Shown piece by piece: positions 39,206 through 48,314 of a stretch of DNA of 64,000 bases. Position 1 is the first letter of the stretch. Each line of letters starts with the position of its first letter. The stretch comes from an uncultured Candidatus Rokubacteria bacterium (GTDB lineage: Bacteria > Methylomirabilota > Methylomirabilia > Rokubacteriales > CSP1-6), in assembly GCA_963747235.1 (NCBI GenBank), contig CAVVEU010000005.1, forward strand, positions 64,189 to 128,188, written 5' to 3'. The notes beneath the pieces were generated by a model that was given only the letters and a program-made list of their open reading frames with translations, ran no database searches and was not told the DNA's origin. The position numbers and the translations under genes are program-made.

Positions 39206-40201
39206 ATGAAGATCGGTTCCGTCGAGATCCCCGCGCTGGCCCGCCTGGCCCCCATGGCCGGCATCACCAATGCGCCCTTCCGGCTCATCGCGCGGGAGTG
39301 CGGCAGCGGGCTCACCACCTCGGAGGAGATGGACGCGGCCTCGCTCCTGACCGGGCACCCGCACGCCGACGCCATCGCCGCCTACTATCCCGCGGAGCGG
39401 CCGCTCGCCATGCAGCTCCTGGGCAAGGATCCCGACAAGCTCGCGCGGGCCGCCGAGCGCTGCCAGCTCCTGGGCGCCGACATCGTGGATCTCAACATGG
39501 GCTGCCCCATGCCCCAGATCACCGGCAAGGGAAAAGGGGCGGCCCTCATGCGCGACGTCGCGGCGACCTCGCTGATCCTGCGCGCGCTGCGCAAGGCGGT
39601 GAGCGTGCCGCTCACCGTCAAGATCCGCGGCGGCTGGGACGACGAGCACCTGAACGCGGTCGAGGTCGCCCAGATGGCGGAGGCCGAGGGCGTGGACGCG
39701 ATCACCGTCCACCCGCGCACACGCTCGCAGCGCTTCACCGGCCGCGCGCCCTGGACGATCATTCGAGACGTCGTGGAGGCGGTGTCGGTGCCGGTCACCG
39801 GCAACGGCGACGTGCATTCGATGGCGGAGGCGCGGCGCATGGTCGCGGAGACCGGCTGCGTCTCGGTGATGATCGGCCGCGGCGCGCTCGGCAGCCCGTG
39901 GATCTTCGACGAGTTTTTCGAGGCGCTCTCGCGCGAGGGCCAGCGCGCCTACAAGGCCCGCGTCATCGCGCGCCACGTGGCGCTGATCCGCGAGCACTTC
40001 GGGGCGAAGTACGCGCTGGTGCAGATGAAGAAGCACCTCGCGTGGTACACGGAGGGGCTCGGCCACGCCACCGAGTGCCGCGCCCGCATCTTCCAGACGC
40101 GCGCGCCGGAAGACGTGTGGGACCTGTTCCAGTCCTACTGGGACCGGCCGCGCCCCGAGATCTCCCAGACCGCCTCGACCTCGGCGCCCCTCATCGCGTA
40201 G
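39206..40201 (+). CDS. dusB: tRNA-dihydrouridine synthase
   Basis: LAPMAGIT, DLNMGCP, TVKIR, VHPRT, GNGDV and MIGRG motifs. Confidence 0.9.
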   Translation: MKIGSVEIPALARLAPMAGITNAPFRLIARECGSGLTTSEEMDAASLLTGHPHADAIAAYYPAERPLAMQLLGKDPDKLARAAERCQLLGADIVDLNMGCPMPQITGKGKGAALMRDVAATSLILRALRKAVSVPLTVKIRGGWDDEHLNAVEVAQMAEAEGVDAITVHPRTRSQRFTGRAPWTIIRDVVEAVSVPVTGNGDVHSMAEARRMVAETGCVSVMIGRGALGSPWIFDEFFEALSREGQRAYKARVIARHVALIREHFGAKYALVQMKKHLAWYTEGLGHATECRARIFQTRAPEDVWDLFQSYWDRPRPEISQTASTSAPLIA

Positions 40202-41235
40202 ATCCGGTCGTAGAGGTTGATGGTCGGATCGCAGTGCGGCGGGAAGAACTCGATGAGCTGCCCGAGCTTCGGCAGCCGTCCCGGCTCGATGGTCATGAGC
40301 CGCCCGTGCTCGTCGCCCGCCCAGGAGAACTCGACCCCCGGCCACTCGACCGCCTCCGGCACGAAGGGCCGATCGGTGGAAAAGGCCTTGAAGCCACCGT
40401 CCACCATCGCCATCTCCGCGGTCGGCACGCTCACCACCGTGGTCAGCACGGTCAGCGCCATCTCGAAGTCGTCGTAGGCCGCCCCGCGCGGGCCGCCGAT
40501 GCGCCGGTAGTCGAGATCCATCACGCAGTAGGAGCCGGACTGCAGCTCGGTGAGGCCTTCCAGATCCACGTCGATGTTGAAGGTGCCGCTCGAGCCGCCG
40601 GTCACGATGTCCACCGCCATGTCGTGCTTCTCGAAGAGGTCGCGCGTCCGCATGAGGCGGCTCATCCAGCGCTTGGACGACCGCCGCCGCTCGTCGAAGC
40701 CCATCACGTGCGCGCAGTGGCCCGCGTAGCCCTGCAGCCCGCGCAGGTGGAGCGCGGGCTGCGCCAGCACCTCGCGGCCCAGGTCGCGCGCCGGCTCGCC
40801 GGGCTGGCACCCGGTGCGGCGGCCGCCCACGTCCACGTCCACCAGCACGTTGAGCACGAGCCCCGCGTCCTTCACGGCGCGCCCCAGCTCGTGCACGTTG
40901 TCGGGATGATCCACCACCGCCAGGGTCTCGGGCTGGCGCCGGAGCACGCCGAGCAGCCGGCCGATCTTCTCGGGCCCCACCACCTCGGTGGTGATGAGGA
41001 GATTCCGCACGCCGGCCGCGGCCATCACCTCGGCCTCGCTCACCTTCGCCACGCAGACGCCGATCGCCCCGGCCGCGATCTGGCGGCGGGCGATCTCCGG
41101 GCACTTGTGGGTCTTCGAATGCGGGCGGAGCTTCTTGCCGGCGGCCTTCACGTGGGCCGCCATCTTCTGGATATTACGCTCGAAGCGGTCGAGGTCGAGC
41201 AGCAGCGCGGGGGTGGGCAGCTCGGATCGATTCAT
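40135..41235 (-). CDS. DSD1/D-threonine aldolase family PLP enzyme
   Basis: PTPALLLD, RPHSKTHK, RTG, ELQSGSY..MD, DEHG and PPHCDPTINLYD motifs. Confidence 0.9.
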   Translation of the reverse strand: MNRSELPTPALLLDLDRFERNIQKMAAHVKAAGKKLRPHSKTHKCPEIARRQIAAGAIGVCVAKVSEAEVMAAAGVRNLLITTEVVGPEKIGRLLGVLRRQPETLAVVDHPDNVHELGRAVKDAGLVLNVLVDVDVGGRRTGCQPGEPARDLGREVLAQPALHLRGLQGYAGHCAHVMGFDERRRSSKRWMSRLMRTRDLFEKHDMAVDIVTGGSSGTFNIDVDLEGLTELQSGSYCVMDLDYRRIGGPRGAAYDDFEMALTVLTTVVSVPTAEMAMVDGGFKAFSTDRPFVPEAVEWPGVEFSWAGDEHGRLMTIEPGRLPKLGQLIEFFPPHCDPTINLYDRIYAMRGAEVEAVWEISGRGRSQ

Positions 41236-41264
41236 GGCGGACGGAGCATACCACGCGCCGGCGC

Positions 41265-41292
41265 CGCCCCGGCCGGAGGCCCGGCCGGGGCG
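41265..41292. terminator. GC-rich hairpin
   Basis: CGCCCCGGCCGG-aggc-CCGGCCGGGGCG just downstream of the stop at 41302. Confidence 0.4.
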
Positions 41293-41301
41293 CGGCAGAA
41301 A

Positions 41302-41802
41302 CTACAGCGCGCGGGCGCGGCGGCGGGCGGCGGCCTCGGCGCGAATCGCCAGCTCGGCGGCTTCGGCTCGGGCCAGCCGCTCGGCGTCACGATCGCCCAG
41401 GCGGCCGAAGGCCTCGCCCGCCGCGAGCACGCCGTCGCGCGACCCCTGCCGATGCGCCCGGAGCAGCGCGGTCCGATAGGCGCGCCGCGCGCGGGGCTCG
41501 AAGAGGTCGGAGGTCCCGGTGGCCCGGGCCGCGCGCAGGGCCGCGTCGCCGACCGCGAGCATGCCGGGCCAGTCGCGGCTCGCGTGCGCGGCCACGTAGG
41601 CCTCGCGCCACGCCGCGGTGGCGGCCGGCGTCTCGCCGCGCCCGAGCGCCCGATCCATCTCGGCGATCCGGGCGGCCCAGTCGCCGCGATCGGCGTCGGC
41701 CGACGCCTCCGGGATCCGCGGCAGCGGCAGCGCGATGACCCATCCGAGGAGCAAGAGGAACAGGAGCGGCAGGAGCGATACCGACCGCGGGCGATGTCTC
41801 AT
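41302..41802 (-). CDS. Hypothetical exported helical protein
   Basis: GAGGAGG RBS, hydrophobic N-terminus, Ala/Arg-rich helical body. Confidence 0.7.
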   Translation of the reverse strand: MRHRPRSVSLLPLLFLLLLGWVIALPLPRIPEASADADRGDWAARIAEMDRALGRGETPAATAAWREAYVAAHASRDWPGMLAVGDAALRAARATGTSDLFEPRARRAYRTALLRAHRQGSRDGVLAAGEAFGRLGDRDAERLARAEAAELAIRAEAAARRRARAL

Positions 41803-41848
41803 GGCGGCCTCCTCGCTGAGCTTGAGCTCAAGCATCCGGACAAGGATC

Positions 41849-41865
41849 AAGCACCGCCTGTGCCA
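41849..41865 (-). promoter_or_regulatory. Sigma-54 promoter
   Basis: Minus strand reads TGGCACAGGCGGTGCTT (GG-N10-GC), about 50 bp upstream of ATG 41802. Confidence 0.6.
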
Positions 41866-41984
41866 GGGCAGAAACCCGCGGAAATATTGCAAGGACGGAG
41901 GGCCCCGTGTCCGCGTGCGAACGGCAGGACGCCCGACGGCGGCAGAATGCCCGCCCGGCCGGCGCCCATGTATCATGGGGCGCC

Positions 41985-42764
41985 ATGCGTCTGGCCATCC
42001 CCGCCGCGGCAACCATCTGCTGGCTGTGGACGGCGGGCGCCGCCGCGCAGGACATCAACCCCGACCGGCCCGACCTGACCACCAGCGCCGAGGTCGTGCC
42101 GCCCGGCGCGCTCCAGATCGAGACCGGGATCGAGTACGCGCGCGCGCGCGTGGGCGGCGGCCCCGCCGAGCGGCAGCTCTCGGTGCAGGGCGTGCTGCGC
42201 CTCGGGCTGACGCCGGCGCTCGAGATCTCGCTGGAGGGCGAGCCGTTCGTCTGGCTGCACGCCGCGGAGGACGACCACGGCAGCGGCGACTACACGCTCG
42301 GCCTCAAGTACCGCTTCCTCGCGCCGGCGCCCGACGGCGGCGGCCCTGCGCTGGCGCTCAAGCCGTTCGTGAAGCTCCCCGTGGCGCGCGAGCCCATCGG
42401 CAGCGAGCGGACCGACTTCGGCGCGCTATTGTTGATGACGCTCGGGCTGCCGTGGGGTCTGAGCCTGGACGCCAATGCCGGCGTGGCCGCGATCGGCCAG
42501 CGGCGGCCCGAGGGCTTCATCCCCCAGGGCATCGCCTCGGCCTCGCTCTCCTGGGCGGTGACCGAGCGGCTCACCACGATCACCGAGCTCTACTACGCCA
42601 CGAAGGACGAGCGCGGCGGTCGCGACGGCCTGCTCACCACGGTGGCGCTGATGTACCGCGTGACTCCGCGCCTGGCGCTCGACGCCGGGATGCGCACCAC
42701 GCTCGCCGGCCAGGGGCCCGACTGGTCGGCATTTGTCGGCCTGAGCGTCCGGCTCGGCCGCTGA
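41985..42764 (+). CDS. Outer-membrane beta-barrel 'transporter' (MetA-pathway of phenol degradation-like)
   Basis: Signal peptide, DRPD.T.SA.VVP.G..QIETG, G.GD..LG.KY and amphipathic strands. Confidence 0.75.
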   Translation: MRLAIPAAATICWLWTAGAAAQDINPDRPDLTTSAEVVPPGALQIETGIEYARARVGGGPAERQLSVQGVLRLGLTPALEISLEGEPFVWLHAAEDDHGSGDYTLGLKYRFLAPAPDGGGPALALKPFVKLPVAREPIGSERTDFGALLLMTLGLPWGLSLDANAGVAAIGQRRPEGFIPQGIASASLSWAVTERLTTITELYYATKDERGGRDGLLTTVALMYRVTPRLALDAGMRTTLAGQGPDWSAFVGLSVRLGR

Positions 42765-42774
42765 GGCCGCGGGC

Positions 42775-43230
42775 TCAGGACGGCTCGACGCTCACCCGAT
42801 CGGGCAGCTCGTTGACGTCGTCGGGCCGGCGCGGGAAATGCCGCCGCAGCACCGCGCCCACCTCGCCGACGGCGTGGACCAGGCCGTCGCGGAATCGCTC
42901 GCCGCGGAAGTGGCCCAGCACCGCCTCCACCAGCCCGTCCCAGTAGGCCTGGCCGACTCGCTCATGGATGCCGCGGTCGCCCAGCACCGCGAGCTTGCGG
43001 TCCTCGATGCTCACGCAGATCAGCACGCCGTGGCGCGCCGCGGTCCGGTGCATGCCGAGGCGCTCGAAGATCAGCGCGGCGCGCTGGAGCGCATCGCCCG
43101 GGCAGCGAGCGTCGAGATGCACCCGGATCTCGGCGGAGGTCGTGGCCTCCGCGGCCGCGATGGCCGCGGCGATGGCGTCCAGATCGGCCTCGCTCAGGAA
43201 TCGCCGCACCCAGCGTGGATGACGCGCCAT
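42775..43230 (-). CDS. TPM (DUF477) domain protein
   Basis: AE.TTSAEIRVH, GVLI, GDRGI and DDVNELPD motifs. Confidence 0.88.
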   Translation of the reverse strand: MARHPRWVRRFLSEADLDAIAAAIAAAEATTSAEIRVHLDARCPGDALQRAALIFERLGMHRTAARHGVLICVSIEDRKLAVLGDRGIHERVGQAYWDGLVEAVLGHFRGERFRDGLVHAVGEVGAVLRRHFPRRPDDVNELPDRVSVEPS

Positions 43231-44000
43231 CACCAGCTCCCGCTCGAGCCGCCGCCGCCGAAGCTGCCGCCGCCCCCGCTGAACCCACCCCCGCTGCTGC
43301 CGCCGCCGCTCCCACCGCCGAACCCGCCGCCCCCGATGAACGGCCCGCCCCAGCCCGACGAGCCCCCGGTCCACCCGCGGCGCCGCACCCCCGCGCGTTG
43401 CCATTGGTTCTGCACGAAGATCATGATCAGCACGAACACCACGAACAGGGCGCCCAGCTCGCGCACGCCCAGCCCGCCCGAGCGGCCCCCCTGGCCCGCC
43501 GACGGCGGGCGCGCGTAGGTGCCGGCGATCGCGCGGTCGATGGCGTCGAGCCCCGCCGCGATGCCGTCCGCGGTGCGGCCCTCGCGGAAGCGCGGGGCGA
43601 CGACGTCGCGGAGAATCGAGGAGGAGATGGCGTCGGTGAGCCCGCCCTCGAGCCCGTAGCCGACCTCGATGCGCATCTTCCGGTCGTCGAGGAAGACGAG
43701 GAAGATGACGCCGTTGTCGAGGCCCTTCTGGCCGATCCGCCAGGCCTGGGCCAGCCGGATGGAGTAGCCCTCGAGGCTCTCGCCCTCGAGCGAGCGGAAG
43801 ATGGCAACCACCACCTGGTTGCGGCTGGTGGTCTCCCGCGCCGCGAGCTGCTGCTCGAGGCGATCCCGGTCGGCGGGGGTCAGCGCGCCCGCGTAGTCGT
43901 TGACGCGCCGGTCGGGCGGGGGCGGCACGGCGAGCGCCGCCGCGCCCGTCGCGACCAGGAGCACGAGGAGCAGCGTGAGAAATACCGTGCGGCGGAACAC
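43230..44000 (-). CDS. TPM domain membrane protein (YgcG-like) with Gly-rich tail
   Basis: VNDYAG, DNGV, RIEVGYGLEG and GGGGSFGGGGSSGSW motifs. Confidence 0.92.
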   Translation of the reverse strand: MFRRTVFLTLLLVLLVATGAAALAVPPPPDRRVNDYAGALTPADRDRLEQQLAARETTSRNQVVVAIFRSLEGESLEGYSIRLAQAWRIGQKGLDNGVIFLVFLDDRKMRIEVGYGLEGGLTDAISSSILRDVVAPRFREGRTADGIAAGLDAIDRAIAGTYARPPSAGQGGRSGGLGVRELGALFVVFVLIMIFVQNQWQRAGVRRRGWTGGSSGWGGPFIGGGGFGGGSGGGSSGGGFSGGGGSFGGGGSSGSW

Positions 44001-44026
44001 CGGCTCGCTCCCGCTCGAAGCGCCCG

Positions 44027-44620
44027 CTAGAACTTCACCTTGGGCGCCTGCTCGCTGCCCGGCGCCGCCTCGAAGTAGGCCTTCTCCTTGAATCCGCGGA
44101 GCGAGGCCACCAGGCTGCCCGGGAAGAGCCGCAGGCGGGTGTTATAGTCGCGCACCGCCTCGCTGTAGCGCATGCGCTCCACCGCGATGCGGTTCTCGGT
44201 GCCCTCGAGCTGGCTCTGGAGCGTCAGGAAGTTCTGGTTGGACTTGAGATCGGGATAGCGCTCGACCGTGACCAGCAGCCGCGCGAGCGCGCCACCCAGC
44301 TCCTGCTGGGCCGCCTGGAACTTGCGGAACGCCTCGGGATCGTTCACCAGCTCGGGCGTGGCCTTGATGCCGGCCACGCTGGCCCGCGCCTTGGTCACTT
44401 CCTCGAGCACGGTCCGCTCCTGCGCCGCGAACCCCTTGACGGTCTCTACCAGGTTCGGGATGAGGTCGGCGCGGCGCTGGTACACGTTCTGCACCTGCGC
44501 CCACTTCTCGTTGACCGCCTGCTCCTGGGCCACGAGCTGGTTGTTGATGCCGATGGCCCAGCCGATGCCACCGACCACGATGAGGACGATCACGCCCAGA
44601 ACGATCAGTCCGGTTTTCAT
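44027..44620 (-). CDS. lemA: LemA family protein
   Basis: YQRRADLIPNLV, ERYPDLK and LEGTENRI motifs. Confidence 0.95.
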   Translation of the reverse strand: MKTGLIVLGVIVLIVVGGIGWAIGINNQLVAQEQAVNEKWAQVQNVYQRRADLIPNLVETVKGFAAQERTVLEEVTKARASVAGIKATPELVNDPEAFRKFQAAQQELGGALARLLVTVERYPDLKSNQNFLTLQSQLEGTENRIAVERMRYSEAVRDYNTRLRLFPGSLVASLRGFKEKAYFEAAPGSEQAPKVKF

Positions 44621-44640
44621 GTCGTCAGTATACCCCCCGG

Positions 44641-46218
44641 TCAGAGATCGTTGCCCGAGTACGACTGGTTGAACGACTTGTTGCAGAGCGGGAAGTCCGG
44701 GACGATGTTCTGGAGCAGCGCGTGGGACAGCGGCCGCCAGTTGAGGAACGACGGGTCCATGATCTTGACGCGGTGGAGCCGCCCGCCCCCGTCCGCCATC
44801 ACCCAGTGGATGATTGCGCCCCGCCAGCCCTCCACCAGCCCGAAGGCGGGCTCGAACGGCGGCAGCGGGCCGAGCGGCGCCGCGAGCGGGCCCGCGGGCA
44901 GCCGCGTGATGGCCTCCCGGATGAGCCGCGCCGATTCCCGCGCCTCCTCGAGGCGCACCACCGTGCGCGCCTTCACGTCGCCGGCCTGGTGCACCGGCAC
45001 GCGGACGTCCAGCTCGCCGTAGGCCGCGAAGGGGTGATCGCGCCGCGTGTCCGCGTCGAGGCCGGAGGCGCGGGCCACGTAGCCGAGCACCCCGTGGTCG
45101 CGGGCGATCGCGGTGGTCAGGCGCCCGGTGTCCTCCAGCCGGTCCATCACGAGCGTGTTGCGGAAGCTGAGCGCGGCAATCTCGTCGAGGTCCCGCACCG
45201 CCGCGTCCACCAGGGCGGCCAGGTCGAGATCGGCCGGGAGATCGTGGCCCACGCCGCCCGGCACGATCCCGCCGCGCAGCAGGCGGTTGCCGGTGAGCCG
45301 CTTGTTCAGGCGGAGCAGGCCCTCGCGGATGCGGAAGCAATGCGAGTGCGCCACCGCGTAGCCGGTGTCGTTGGCGATCATGCCGACGTCGCCGACGTGA
45401 TTGTAGAGGCGCTCCATCTCGAGCAGAACCACGCGCAGCCAGCGCGCCCGCGCCGGCACCACCGTCCCCGCCGCCGCCTCCAGGGCCTCGCAGTAGGCCA
45501 GCGCGTGGCCCACCGTGGTGTCGCCCGACACCCGCTCGGCCAGCGCGATGCCGTCCGCGGGCGCGCGCCCCTCGAAGAGCTTCTCGGTGCCCTTGTGCGT
45601 GAAGTAGAGGCGCGCCTTCATGTCGATGATGGTCTCGCCCACCACGCTGAAGCGGAAGTGGCCCGGCTCGATCACGCCGGCGTGGACCGGCCCCACCGGG
45701 ATCTCGTACACCCCCTCGCCGCCCACCTCGGTGAACGGGAAAGCCCGGCCGTCGTCCTGGAACTCGCGGGGCGTCGCGTCCTTGCGGAGCGGAAAGTAGT
45801 CGGCGGGCCAGAACGCGTGCCGCACCAGCGGGCGCGGATCGGGGTGATCCGTCGCGGGGATGCCGAAGAGGTCGAAGATCTCACGCTCGAAGAGCGACGC
45901 GGGGTGATGGAAGGTGGCGAGCGAGGCAATCGCCGGGTCCGCCGCGGCCAGCCACTGCGTCGCGTGGACGAACCAGTCCTCGGTGGGGTGCGCGAAGAGG
46001 TAGTGGACCTCGAAGCGCCCGGCGTCGGCGCGCCGGTCATCGCCCACCATGAGCCGCAGCTCGGCGCCGTGCTCGGTGCGCAGCGCCTCCGCGAGCCGCC
46101 TCACGTCGGCGGGCGCGACGCGGCAGTGCAGCTCGCGGCCGCGCACGACGCGGGGGTTCGCCAGGGGCCCGGCCAGACGCCGCGCGAGGCTCTCCGGGAG
46201 CGCGCCCAGATCCGTCAT
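44641..46218 (-). CDS. Hydrogenase-4-like large subunit (NuoC+NuoD fusion) lacking NiFe Cys motifs; EhrL-type
   Basis: EREIFDLFG, GPVHAGVIEPGHFRF and VEGWRG. ERVSGDT replaces RxCxxC, and the C-terminus DFPLCNKSFNQSYSGNDL replaces DPCxxC. Confidence 0.9.
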   Translation of the reverse strand: MTDLGALPESLARRLAGPLANPRVVRGRELHCRVAPADVRRLAEALRTEHGAELRLMVGDDRRADAGRFEVHYLFAHPTEDWFVHATQWLAAADPAIASLATFHHPASLFEREIFDLFGIPATDHPDPRPLVRHAFWPADYFPLRKDATPREFQDDGRAFPFTEVGGEGVYEIPVGPVHAGVIEPGHFRFSVVGETIIDMKARLYFTHKGTEKLFEGRAPADGIALAERVSGDTTVGHALAYCEALEAAAGTVVPARARWLRVVLLEMERLYNHVGDVGMIANDTGYAVAHSHCFRIREGLLRLNKRLTGNRLLRGGIVPGGVGHDLPADLDLAALVDAAVRDLDEIAALSFRNTLVMDRLEDTGRLTTAIARDHGVLGYVARASGLDADTRRDHPFAAYGELDVRVPVHQAGDVKARTVVRLEEARESARLIREAITRLPAGPLAAPLGPLPPFEPAFGLVEGWRGAIIHWVMADGGGRLHRVKIMDPSFLNWRPLSHALLQNIVPDFPLCNKSFNQSYSGNDL

Positions 46219-47657
46219 CCGGCCACGATCTCGACGATGCGGTCGAGCAGCGTCTCGACCGGCGCCGGGAGCACGACGCCCAGCAGCGCGAGCACGAGCG
46301 CGCAGAGGGCCAGCGGCACGAGCGCCCATCGGCCGCCTTCCCCGATCGCCACGCCCGCCGGCGGCGCTCCGTTCAGCATGCGGTTCAGATGGCCGATCAG
46401 CGAGATGAACGCCACCGCGAGGAACGCCAGCACGAGCGCCATCAACCAGGCGTGGCCGGTCGCGAAGCCGGCCCGCAGCAGCGCGAGCTTCGACAGGAAG
46501 AGGCCGAACGGCGGCAGTCCCACCAGGGCCAGCATGCCCGCCGCGAACAGCCACCCGGTGACCGGCATGGTCCGGAGCAGGCCCGAGACGTGGCGCAGAT
46601 CGCCGGTGCCGTACCGCGCGAGGATGCGCCCCGAGAGGAGGAACATCATGGACTTGGCCGCCGAGTGATTGATCAGGTGGAGCATCGCCGCGAACGTGCC
46701 GAGCGGGCCCAGGGCCAGGCCCAGGCACATGAGGCCGGTGTGCTCGATGCTCGAGTAGGCCAGCAGCCGCTTGTAGTGACGCTGGCGCACGAGCGACAGG
46801 GCGGCCAGGCCCAACGAGAGCACGCCCAGGCCGATCAGCAGCCGATCCGCGAACGCGCCGTGCCCGGCCAGGGCCACCACCGCTTTCCAGCGGACGATCG
46901 CGTAGAGCGCGACCGCAAGCAACACGCCCGACATCATCGCCGACAGCGCGGCCGGCGCCTCGGCGTGGGCGTCGGGGAGCCACGTGTGCATCGGCGCGAT
47001 GCCGGCCTTCGTGCCGTAGCCCACCAGCAGGAACACGAAGGCCAGCTCCACCACCGCCGGATGCATGCGCGGGGCGGCCGCCATGAGCACCGTCCAGTGG
47101 AGCGCGGCCGGGCTCTCGCCCGCCAGCGTGACGAAGTCGAAGTACGCCAGCACCGTGCCCACGAAAGCCAGCGCGATGCCGACCGAGCCGATCAAAATGT
47201 ACTTCCAGGAGGCCTCGATGGACGCCCGGCTCCGGTGCAACGGCACCAGCACCGCGGAGGTGATCGTGGTGGCCTCGATCGCGACCCACATCACGGCCAC
47301 GTTGTCGGTGGTCACCGCCACCAGCATCGTGAATGCGAAGAGGCTCGCGAAGAGCCGGAAGCGGCATACGCCCGGGCCCAGGAGCGCGGCGAGCGCCGAC
47401 ACGGAGGCCACGCAGACCGCCAGCAGCGCGGACAGGGCGTCCACCCGGAACAGCGCGGTCGGCCCCCAGGTGGGCACCGCGCCCCCGACGACGAGCGCGG
47501 CCAACCACACCGACGCCGCCACCGGCAGCAGCGCGAGCAGGGCGTGCAGCCCGCTCGCCAGCCGGGGCCACGCCGGACCCGCCGGCGCGAGCAGCGCCGC
47601 GAGCAGCGGCGGGGCCAGCAGCAGGACGATGGGCACGGCGGCCGTGGATCCCGTCAT
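46215..47657 (-). CDS. hyfF: Hydrogenase-4 subunit F-like antiporter-type membrane subunit
   Basis: WVAIEATT, EASWKY, GTKAGIAPMHTWLPDAHAEAP and KRLLAYSS motifs. Confidence 0.88.
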   Translation of the reverse strand: MTGSTAAVPIVLLLAPPLLAALLAPAGPAWPRLASGLHALLALLPVAASVWLAALVVGGAVPTWGPTALFRVDALSALLAVCVASVSALAALLGPGVCRFRLFASLFAFTMLVAVTTDNVAVMWVAIEATTITSAVLVPLHRSRASIEASWKYILIGSVGIALAFVGTVLAYFDFVTLAGESPAALHWTVLMAAAPRMHPAVVELAFVFLLVGYGTKAGIAPMHTWLPDAHAEAPAALSAMMSGVLLAVALYAIVRWKAVVALAGHGAFADRLLIGLGVLSLGLAALSLVRQRHYKRLLAYSSIEHTGLMCLGLALGPLGTFAAMLHLINHSAAKSMMFLLSGRILARYGTGDLRHVSGLLRTMPVTGWLFAAGMLALVGLPPFGLFLSKLALLRAGFATGHAWLMALVLAFLAVAFISLIGHLNRMLNGAPPAGVAIGEGGRWALVPLALCALVLALLGVVLPAPVETLLDRIVEIVAG

Positions 47658-48310
47658 CGCCGCAGCCGGTTGAGCTGCTCGACGTCCAGGCTCTCGAACG
47701 TCTCGTGGATCTGGTAGACGAAGATCTGCATGACCAAAAAGCCCATGAGCACGTCGAGGAACACGCCGATCTCGACGATCAGCGGGATGCCGTGCGTGCC
47801 CAGCACCGCGAGCAGCGCGATGCCGTTCTCGAGCATGAGGAAGCCGATCACCTGGGTAAGCGCCCGCTTGCGGCTGACGATGACGAACAGGCTGACGAAG
47901 ATCAGCCCCATCGCCAGCGGCATCCCCGCGCGGGTCGGCAGGGGGCTGAGCTGCACGATCGGGCGCATCACGATGTAGGCGAGGAGCACGAGCAGGCCGC
48001 CGACCAGCAGCGAGGTCGCGGTGTTCACGTAGGGCGCCAGCTCGCGCTCGGTGCCGAAGCGGCGGGCCATGCGGCGGAGCAGGAGCGGGATCCCGATCCC
48101 CTTGAGCGCGATCAGCCCGCCGGCCACCCAGTAGAGCTCCGCGGCGCCCCCGAAGTACGCCACCAGCGCGGTGGTGGCGGCGAGCGCCACCGACTGCCAC
48201 ATGAAGGCGTCGATGTGCGCGGCGAGCCCGCGGCGCCACAGCAGCAGGAACCCGGTGATGAGCACGAGGCTCGAGCCGAGCATCGAGAGCTGGGCGAACG
48301 CGCCGGCCAT
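47654..48310 (-). CDS. hyfE: Hydrogenase-4 subunit E-like membrane protein
   Basis: QVIGFLMLENGI and EIGVFLD motifs; position in the hyf-type operon. Confidence 0.85.
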   Translation of the reverse strand: MAGAFAQLSMLGSSLVLITGFLLLWRRGLAAHIDAFMWQSVALAATTALVAYFGGAAELYWVAGGLIALKGIGIPLLLRRMARRFGTERELAPYVNTATSLLVGGLLVLLAYIVMRPIVQLSPLPTRAGMPLAMGLIFVSLFVIVSRKRALTQVIGFLMLENGIALLAVLGTHGIPLIVEIGVFLDVLMGFLVMQIFVYQIHETFESLDVEQLNRLRR

Positions 48311-48314
48311 CCCG

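Noticed and set aside
38656-42078. 1140-aa ORF suggesting a giant nuclease fusion
   Set aside because: Only the first ~170 aa are SNase-like. The rest is off-frame read-through over dusB and antisense to the DSD1 gene, caused by an indel near 39155.
44641-46218. Functional [NiFe] hydrogenase-4 / formate hydrogenlyase
   Set aside because: Both Ni-binding CxxC motifs are absent and no maturation genes are present in the window.
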